DNA from: an uncultured virus (IMG/VR IMGVR_UViG_3300007986_000015)
Lineage: Duplodnaviria; Heunggongvirae; Uroviricota; Caudoviricetes
Length of the DNA: 64,000 bases
Reading direction: 5' to 3' (one strand)
Virus record (IMG/VR): IMGVR_UViG_3300007986_000015
The notes beneath the pieces were generated by a model that saw only the letters and a list, made by a program, of their open reading frames with translations, did no database searches and had not been told where the DNA came from. Within the stretch, counting starts at the first letter, position 1. Each line of letters begins with the position of its first letter. The translations under genes and the position numbers were made by a program. This document shows, in pieces, positions 57,147 through 64,000 of this stretch.

Positions 57147-57716
57147 ATGACAGGGTATGTTTATCACATTCGGGATCCTAAATGTAGCGATTTAGATCAC
57201 GGTTATATTGGTGTTACGAAGCATCTTAACAAACGATGGAAAGCACATCAAGGCGATCCACATTGTACAATGCATCATTGGATTCGAATTCATAATTTGA
57301 AGTTAGAAGATGTTGATATTATTTTTAAAGGTGATATTGAAGAGTGCTATCAAATGGAAAAGAAATTGAGACCAAAACAGAAGATGGGTTGGAACGTTGC
57401 ATCTGGCGGTGGTTGCGGCCCATACATTTCAGGAATTGAAGATCTCAGTGCACATAGATCAAAGGCTCAAAGCGAACGTATGAAAGATGAAGCACTTAAG
57501 AAAAAACAGGGAGAAACCTTTAAAGAAAACTACTACAAGAGTGAAGATTCGCAAAAGTTACGGTCGCGCCGTACTACAGAACATATGCAAGATCCTATTA
57601 AGAGAGCAAAATGCTTAGGTGCAATGCATAAATTGGTCCAATGCCCGCATTGTGATTATAAAAATAATGCAGGAAATGTGGCCTTACACATAAAAAGAAA
57701 ACATAAAAATGAATAA
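57147..57716 (+). CDS. GIY-YIG homing endonuclease
   Basis: VYHI...GYIGVT, LRP...GWN.A.GG, CPHC; late promoter and SD AAGGAG. Confidence 0.82.
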   Translation: MTGYVYHIRDPKCSDLDHGYIGVTKHLNKRWKAHQGDPHCTMHHWIRIHNLKLEDVDIIFKGDIEECYQMEKKLRPKQKMGWNVASGGGCGPYISGIEDLSAHRSKAQSERMKDEALKKKQGETFKENYYKSEDSQKLRSRRTTEHMQDPIKRAKCLGAMHKLVQCPHCDYKNNAGNVALHIKRKHKNE

Positions 57717-58905
57717 ACACGCCGTAATTATACCTCTAATTGGAGGAATGCCCATTGCTATGGAGCACGTCTTCAAAAGACCGCCTGAATATATCTTGTC
57801 ATACACTCCCTTTGCTGCGAATGATGCGCAATACCGTGCATACCGCCCAAATGTGCCGTATATGTTCATTGATAAGAATGAAGCGAAGTCTTTTAAGCTT
57901 GCGCCAGTTGATATTGTGACAACCCTCTGCCCATGCGCAGGGCTATCTTCATTATCACCATCGGCTGCTGCTGAGTCGACTACAAATGATTGGATGACAA
58001 TTACGGCTAAGTATGTTCTATCTGAACTAGAGCCAAAGGTCTTTTGGGGAGAGAATGCACCTCGTCTTGCAAGTAAGATGGGCGAGCCAACCGTGAATAG
58101 ACTACGTGAGATAGCGAAGTATAATGGCTATACCTTTTCGCTTTACAAGACTAAGTCTATACTGCATGGCTTGAGTCAAGTGAGGGACAGGTCATTCTAT
58201 TTCTTTTGGAAAGGTACAGAGACGCCTATCCTGAAGTACTTTCGCAGAAAGCATGAAACGATTGATGAAACAATTCTGAATGCGTTTGTATCGAAGGATG
58301 ATCCTATGAATATGCCAGCTAATAATAGAGCGCCAATGGATGATCCATATTACCGCTTCATTAGAACGAAGATATATCCTAACTTCACCCACGCAGAAAT
58401 CGTGGAGAAGCAGGTGAAGTCAATTAATGGTATGAGCCTCATTGAAGACAATGGCATCTCATATGATGAAGTAGCTAAATGGATGGAACAACAAGGTGAG
58501 CTCAAGAAAGCCGCGCGTTGTCGGGAAATCAAAGTGAAGCTCGCGTCTGGGGGAAACATTATGCGAAAGATCTGTGAATTTCCAAAGGATCACATAGGTG
58601 CGTTTGTAGGACACATGCCATCGCAATTGATGCATCCTTTCGAAGAACGCTTCCTTACAGTCCGTGAATGTTTGGCAATTATGAAGATGCCTAGCGATTT
58701 TCAGTTACAAGGTGGGTTGAAGAACTTAAATATGATATGCCAGTCAGTTCCAGTGACAACGGCTGCTGATCTCGCTAGCGAGATACTAGCGTACCTAAAC
58801 GGCAAGCGAGACACAGTAACAACGTCATTCCTAGTGCAGGATAATAAGAAGCAAACTTCGTCAATTGCGCCTATGCCGTGTGTAACACTTAATGAATTCA
58901 TGTAA
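57709..58905 (+). CDS. Divergent C5 cytosine DNA methyltransferase-like protein
   Basis: PCAGLS (IV), ENAP (VI), QVRDR (VIII), HP...R.LTVRE (IX); motif I reads PLIGG instead of FxGxG. Confidence 0.75.
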   Translation: MNKHAVIIPLIGGMPIAMEHVFKRPPEYILSYTPFAANDAQYRAYRPNVPYMFIDKNEAKSFKLAPVDIVTTLCPCAGLSSLSPSAAAESTTNDWMTITAKYVLSELEPKVFWGENAPRLASKMGEPTVNRLREIAKYNGYTFSLYKTKSILHGLSQVRDRSFYFFWKGTETPILKYFRRKHETIDETILNAFVSKDDPMNMPANNRAPMDDPYYRFIRTKIYPNFTHAEIVEKQVKSINGMSLIEDNGISYDEVAKWMEQQGELKKAARCREIKVKLASGGNIMRKICEFPKDHIGAFVGHMPSQLMHPFEERFLTVRECLAIMKMPSDFQLQGGLKNLNMICQSVPVTTAADLASEILAYLNGKRDTVTTSFLVQDNKKQTSSIAPMPCVTLNEFM

Positions 58906-58937
58906 AAGAAAATTCACTACAGCATAGCGTTAACGCA

Positions 58938-59290
58938 GTGCGTAATCCATTATATATCAATATGGCATATGCGAATGGTAAAGGCTGCTTTGGTATGACT
59001 AAATCGCATTGGAAAGGGAAACGAGGTTCAGAGTGCCCGTGGTATGGGGTGAAGAAATCTAACCGAGAAAATTATGTAAAATCACGTCTAGGCGATAAGA
59101 ACCCCGCCGCTAAGTCTTATAAAGTGTTCAATGAGCATGGCGAACTCATTTTAGAACGTAATGCCAACATTCAAAAAACACTGTATTGAGCATGGAATTC
59201 CAGAGTATGTCGCACGAAAGCTAAAAATTCTAACGATAAGCCTCTAGAATATCCAAAATCAAAAAGTAACAATAAAGTAAATTAGAAACC
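58938..59290 (+). pseudogene. Homing endonuclease remnant (NUMOD-like fragments)
   Basis: NPLYINMA, CPWYG, GDKNPAAK.Y; lacks catalytic N-terminus and goes out of frame. Confidence 0.5.
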
Positions 59291-59331
59291 ATTTATCCTG
59301 AATATCGGGGGTGGTACGTAGAAAGGCAAAC

Positions 59332-59973
59332 ATGTTTATTACATTCGAAGGACCCGAAGGATCGGGCAAATCAACTCAACTCAAAATGCTCGCTGATCGC
59401 TTAACGCTTAGCAATTACGATGTGATCACTGTACGAGAACCAGGCGGAACGATCATGGGTGAAGCTGTACGGAATATCCTACAGCACGATTCATGTGGAC
59501 CTAACATTTCTCCAGTAGCTGAAACGCTATTGTTCGAAGCAAGTCGCGCACAGCTCATCCATGAAGTCATTGGCCCGGCATTAGCGCAAAATACAATTGT
59601 GCTTTCAGATCGCTTCATCGACTCAACCATGGCTTATCAAGGCTATGGCCGGAAGTTCCCGCTAAAAGATATTGAAGCACTCAACTCATTTGCCACGCAG
59701 GAACTGATGCCGGATATTACAATCTTACTTGACCTTCCAGTTGAGGCAGGGTTCGAACGTATCTTTAAAGAGACCAAAGGAAAGGCAAACCTCGATCGTA
59801 TGGAACGTGAATCCATGAACTTCCATAATCGGGTCGCTAATGGATATCGTGGCCTCGCGGCGGCTGATAATAACCACCGCTTCACTACAATTGACGCTAA
59901 TAGGTCTTTGGAAGAGGTTCACGAGGATGTTTTGGCTGTAGTTCTTCTATCGTTGGCCTCAGACGATACCTGA
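59332..59973 (+). CDS. tmk: Thymidylate kinase
   Basis: FITFEGPEGSGKST, REPGG, DRF.DS..AYQG. Confidence 0.93.
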   Translation: MFITFEGPEGSGKSTQLKMLADRLTLSNYDVITVREPGGTIMGEAVRNILQHDSCGPNISPVAETLLFEASRAQLIHEVIGPALAQNTIVLSDRFIDSTMAYQGYGRKFPLKDIEALNSFATQELMPDITILLDLPVEAGFERIFKETKGKANLDRMERESMNFHNRVANGYRGLAAADNNHRFTTIDANRSLEEVHEDVLAVVLLSLASDDT

Positions 59974-60035
59974 TATGATGGTATTTCAAAACTACAGTAT
60001 GTAAGCGGCAGCTAGAGCCCTACTTATGCATTTTA

Positions 60036-60076
60036 CGCCCTCATGGGTCATTTTGAGCCCATCGAGGGCGTTTTTG
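60036..60076 (+). terminator. Intrinsic terminator
   Basis: ACGCCCTC-ATGGG.../...CCCATC-GAGGGCGT then T run. Confidence 0.8.
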
Positions 60077-60214
60077 TCTCAAAAGTGATTGTGTAAGTGC
60101 CTTCTGAAGCCATACTTAGCAAAAAGTACCTTCTGGATGAAAATAATGGTGTACATAGCCGTGGAAACTGTGGTATAATAATATTAGGAACAAGTTAAAG
60201 GAAGAGGATACAGT

Positions 60215-60715
60215 ATGAGCAAGCAGATCACCAAGCGTCAAAGAATCATCGATTTTGTTAAGGAAGGCGGAGTTGAGGGCCGCACGTTCTCGGAATGTCA
60301 GGAGTTTATTTGTAAAGTTAACGGTCGTGACTGGAACCTCTTCCGCCAGGAGAAGAATTGGAATACTGACGAAATGGTGTTTCGTCGGGTAAACCGCGGT
60401 TATTACTGCACCGGTCTTCGTGGTTGGAATCGTCCAATCCTTGACGGTACAGTTATCATCAAGGACTCTTTCACCGGTCGGTGGGTCCATAGTGACAATC
60501 TTAAGGAATCCGTGCCGCCTACGATGGTTACCACCTTCATTTTTAATGGCGAGCCAGTCATTATCACAGGTGGTGTATTCCCGAGTGCTGACTTTATGAC
60601 ATGCCGGGTGATCACACAGGTTCGCATTACGTTTGAAAATGGCAATAGTAAGGACGTTGATTTTGAATCGCTTCTCCAGCTGGAGGATGCGAGGGAATTC
60701 ACATTTAAAGGATGA
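60215..60715 (+). CDS. Early hypothetical protein
   Basis: Early promoter at 60140-60180, SD GAGGA. Confidence 0.7.
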   Translation: MSKQITKRQRIIDFVKEGGVEGRTFSECQEFICKVNGRDWNLFRQEKNWNTDEMVFRRVNRGYYCTGLRGWNRPILDGTVIIKDSFTGRWVHSDNLKESVPPTMVTTFIFNGEPVIITGGVFPSADFMTCRVITQVRITFENGNSKDVDFESLLQLEDAREFTFKG

Positions 60716-60782
60716 TCGCAAAATAACGGTGTACATCGGTCATCGATTGGTGTATAATAGATCCAGAATAAAGGAAGACACT

Positions 60783-60956
60783 ATGGCAACTACAGTTATT
60801 ACTGACAGAGCAAGCGAGTTTTGGGGCATTGAGGCCAATGTGGAATACGTTGTCATTAGGTCCTATTTTTATAATGGCGAAGGCTGGTACAGTTTACGCC
60901 GCCCTGACGGATCTATATTTGAAGCTCCCGACGTGTTTTTCATGAACATCAAATAA
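60783..60956 (+). CDS. Small early hypothetical protein
   Basis: Early promoter at 60720-60758, SD AAGGA; start MATTV. Confidence 0.6.
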   Translation: MATTVITDRASEFWGIEANVEYVVIRSYFYNGEGWYSLRRPDGSIFEAPDVFFMNIK

Positions 60957-60967
60957 AGAAAGCGAAT

Positions 60968-62098
60968 ATGAACATTAAAACATTTCCAACCCTATACCGC
61001 CAGCGTCAATCCGGTGCCATCCAGACTTGGACGATCTCAACTGAAGATAACGTCATCGTAACCCGCTGGGGACAAGAAGACGGTTCCATGCAGGAATCTC
61101 GTGATGAAGTAAAAGAAGGCAAGAATATTGGTCGTTCCAACGCCACTACGCCAACTGAGCAGGCCCAAGCTGAAGCGCAATCCAAGTGGGAACGTAAGCT
61201 GAAGCGAGGCCATGTACAGGAACGAACCGGGGCAAAAACCGGGCAGATTGACGCAATCATTGAAGGTGGTGTCTGGCCTATGCTGGCCCATCGATTTGAT
61301 AAGGTTGGGCATAAGATCAACTTCCCAGCATTCACTCAGCCCAAGTTCGATGGCCATCGTTGTGTGGCCATTATTGACGACAAGGGGAAGTGCGCTTTGT
61401 GGTCACGCTCACGGAAGCCCATTACCTCTTTGCCACACATTGTAGAAGCATATGAGGCACTGGATGTACGTAACATGGTGTTTGATGGAGAACTATACAA
61501 CCATAAGTATCATGATGACTTTGATCAGATCTCGAGTTTGATTCGGCACGACGAACCCGTTGAAGGTCACACGGAAGTACAGCACCATGTTTACGACCTA
61601 GCCATGTCAGGTTTGGACTTCAGTGAACGCCACTATATCATTGACGACCTCATATCAGGGGCCTCCGAGTATTTGGTCATCGTAGAAACCCTTGAAGCTG
61701 AGGATGAGATGGAAGCTATAGCTGCGTTCGAACACTTCCTTGAGGTGGGTTACGAAGGCGCCATGCTGCGGAACAAGGTTGGGGAATATGTTTTCTCTCC
61801 TTCTAAGCGGTCCTACGATCTGCAGAAGATTAAGAAGTTCCACGATGACGAATTCGAAATCACCGGGGTCAAGGAAGGCCGCGGCAAGATGGCAGGCCAT
61901 GGTATCTTCATCTGCCAGACGAAGGATGGTTACTCATTTGACGCCAAAATGAAGGGCTCGCTGGCGGATCTGAAGAAGTACTTTGACAGCCCAGATAAGT
62001 ACATCGGACAGATGCTCACCGTGCAGTATCAGGCGATCATTAAGAAGACGGGTGCCCCTCGCTTTCCTGTGGCTCTTCGCCTACGAGAGGATATCTGA
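60968..62098 (+). CDS. ATP-dependent DNA ligase
   Basis: PMLA, QPKFDGHR (motif I), FDGELY, YEGAMLR, K.KKF, PRFP. Confidence 0.93.
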   Translation: MNIKTFPTLYRQRQSGAIQTWTISTEDNVIVTRWGQEDGSMQESRDEVKEGKNIGRSNATTPTEQAQAEAQSKWERKLKRGHVQERTGAKTGQIDAIIEGGVWPMLAHRFDKVGHKINFPAFTQPKFDGHRCVAIIDDKGKCALWSRSRKPITSLPHIVEAYEALDVRNMVFDGELYNHKYHDDFDQISSLIRHDEPVEGHTEVQHHVYDLAMSGLDFSERHYIIDDLISGASEYLVIVETLEAEDEMEAIAAFEHFLEVGYEGAMLRNKVGEYVFSPSKRSYDLQKIKKFHDDEFEITGVKEGRGKMAGHGIFICQTKDGYSFDAKMKGSLADLKKYFDSPDKYIGQMLTVQYQAIIKKTGAPRFPVALRLREDI

Positions 62099-62353
62099 AG
62101 TGATTAAGATCTACGGAAAATCCTTTGATATGAAATACCCTTCATTCTGCGAGTCGGAGATTGATATGGGTGCAGGAGGAATATCCTCCCGCTTCACTAT
62201 TATTGGCATAGTAGAGAATGCAGTATCATGGTATGATGGCAGGTTATGTTTAGGTATGGTTGCTGGTGTTACATGGCCTGGAGATTTTCCGGAACCGACA
62301 ATAGATACGTACGGTAGAATTCTAATTGATGAAGACGATTGGACAATGACATA

Positions 62354-62905
62354 ATGGCAGCTTATTTTACATCAGACTTGCATTTCGGTCATGGCAGCAT
62401 AATAAAGTATTGCCAACGCCCGTTTCGAGACCGCGATCATATGCTCAAACATATGATTACGATCATTAATCAACGGGTAAAACCTAATGATACGTTGTAT
62501 CATATTGGTGACTTTTGCGCCTATGGACGCGAAAAGGGTGTCATGGGAGATAAGGCCCCGGCGACGTACTATGAGGATTTGATCAATGCCAAGGTTATTC
62601 ATATCATGGGTAATCATGACTCGAATAACAAGGTCAAGGATGGTGTTGAATATGCAGTCATGCGAATGAGCAACCTAAATGTCCTTATGGTGCATAAGCC
62701 CGAGTGTGTTTATGTGGACACGCTATTGGCAACCGGCGCAATCGATTTAGTTCTGTGCGGGCATGTTCACGAGAAGTGGGCGGAACGCGTTATAGATGGC
62801 ATTCTCCGCATCAATGTTGGTGTAGATGTACGTCGGTTCGTCCCTATGAGTAAGATGGACGTTTTGAAAATATACCACAAATGGAAGGGTGGACAAAATG
62901 ATTAA
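62354..62905 (+). CDS. Calcineurin-like metallophosphoesterase
   Basis: FTSDLHFGH, GDF, GNHD, GHVH, NVGVD. Confidence 0.9.
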   Translation: MAAYFTSDLHFGHGSIIKYCQRPFRDRDHMLKHMITIINQRVKPNDTLYHIGDFCAYGREKGVMGDKAPATYYEDLINAKVIHIMGNHDSNNKVKDGVEYAVMRMSNLNVLMVHKPECVYVDTLLATGAIDLVLCGHVHEKWAERVIDGILRINVGVDVRRFVPMSKMDVLKIYHKWKGGQND

Positions 62906-63509
62906 GAAGATTTATTTAGATGTTGATGGAGTATTGGCAGATTTTACCACATCAGCGTTGCTCTATCATGGGATTAGACCCGAAGAGGTTAATTGGCCTG
63001 CAGGTTGTGATCGCATGGGTCCTATGCTAGGTATGACATCTGATGAGTTCATTAAAGAGCTGGATGATTATGACTTTTGGTCAAACCTTGGTGTTTTGCC
63101 TAATGGTAACCTCATCTACAACCTAGTGGCAGAATTCTGCCATCTCCACCGCATCCCATTTGCGATCTGTACTCAATATCCCGAGGGGATGAAAGATAAT
63201 TTTATTGCTGGAAGGAATGATTGGCTTGACCGTAACGCATTTTCCGATGGTGAACGTATATATGTCAGCTCGGCAGTTGGCAAGGGCCCTCTAGGTGAAC
63301 CAGATGCATTGCTCATCGATGACATGGATTATATCGTCGATGCGTTCAGTGCCAATGGCGGTTATATTCATCAACCGGCTCGATATTGGAATAGATTCCA
63401 CGATCTTGCCGGCCCGAACCATCTCTTTAGTAGTCGGGCCCGCCTTGATGAGCTCGCTTTAATGACTAGCGTATTGAATCACTTTCATTCTTTGGAACCT
63501 ACGGCATGA
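62898..63509 (+). CDS. HAD-family 5'(3')-deoxyribonucleotidase-like protein
   Basis: YLDVDGVLADF, LLIDD. Confidence 0.85.
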   Translation: MIKKIYLDVDGVLADFTTSALLYHGIRPEEVNWPAGCDRMGPMLGMTSDEFIKELDDYDFWSNLGVLPNGNLIYNLVAEFCHLHRIPFAICTQYPEGMKDNFIAGRNDWLDRNAFSDGERIYVSSAVGKGPLGEPDALLIDDMDYIVDAFSANGGYIHQPARYWNRFHDLAGPNHLFSSRARLDELALMTSVLNHFHSLEPTA

Positions 63510-63832
63510 GCAGATCGTTCAAAAAGACACCAATCCATGGTATAGCTAAATGCTCTTCTGAAAAGCAGGATAAGCGTATCTGGCATCAGCGGTTGAGAAC
63601 TCATAATCGTATGTTATGCAAGTCTGCTACGCTCTCCACAGCCGACGCTGCAGAAGCGTTGATGTTCCCTATGGAACACGACGTGTCAAATAAATGGTCA
63701 ATGGCCAAGGACGGTAAAGCTTACTGCGCGTATGATCCCGATAAAACATATCCAGACCGGAAAGATCCATCACAGCGTCTACCGTTTTGGAAAAGCGAGT
63801 ATGAATACTATCGCTCTATCTTAAGTAAATGA
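63506..63832 (+). CDS. Small basic hypothetical protein (MSRS.KKTP type)
   Basis: MSRSFKKTPI, SEKQDKRIWH, W.M.KDGK. Confidence 0.75.
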   Translation: MSRSFKKTPIHGIAKCSSEKQDKRIWHQRLRTHNRMLCKSATLSTADAAEALMFPMEHDVSNKWSMAKDGKAYCAYDPDKTYPDRKDPSQRLPFWKSEYEYYRSILSK

Positions 63833-63841
63833 GAATATATT

Positions 63842-64000
63842 ATGTCAAGAAAGAAATCCCTGCCTAAGAGTCATGTCTTTGACGATATTCGCTACAGATT
63901 AAAAGATCAATCGGGGCTCCCAGAAGGCAAGCTTGGAGAATGTAACTACGAAAAGAAGACTCTCTATATCCCACTCGAGGGAAATACCCTAGAAGATCTG
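63842..64000 (+). CDS. Hypothetical protein, truncated by window end
   Basis: ATG 63842 open to the end (MSRKKSLPK...). Confidence 0.55.
   Translation, partial: MSRKKSLPKSHVFDDIRYRLKDQSGLPEGKLGECNYEKKTLYIPLEGNTLEDL

Noticed and set aside
696..62617. Minus-strand ORFs in the track
   Set aside because: They are shadows of + strand genes or RNAs, with no recognisable motifs or promoters
1..64000. Stop-codon reassignment or suppressor tRNA
   Set aside because: Long genes are intact in the standard code and no CTA, TTA or TCA anticodon was found; breaks in nrdJ and pol are explained by inteins and an intron

Overview
A 64 kb segment of a large T4-like myophage genome, with essentially all genes on the + strand and standard genetic code. 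It carries T4-type replication genes (gp46, rnh, gp45/44/62, regA, gp43) and putative capsid-packaged internal proteins. A class II ribonucleotide reductase is fractured by a split intein. The DNA polymerase is broken three ways: a two-gene split, a group I intron in motif B, and a split intein in motif C. There is a cytosine-modification cluster (dCMP hydroxymethylase, alpha-glucosyltransferase, divergent C5-methyltransferase), many homing endonucleases, a tmRNA, RtcB, and about 39 tRNA genes covering all 20 amino acids. The most striking observation lies directly upstream of the main tRNA array. A 33-codon leader ORF (21051-21152, below the ORF-track cutoff) contains all 20 amino acids, and its stop codon lies inside an antiterminator helix that is mutually exclusive with an intrinsic terminator. 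This looks like a translation-coupled attenuator that would switch on the tRNA array when any host tRNA is depleted. The array also holds a circularly permuted tRNA-like RNA, a D-armless tRNA-Tyr and several unassigned structured RNAs. All calls are from manual reading; no searches or folding programs were run.
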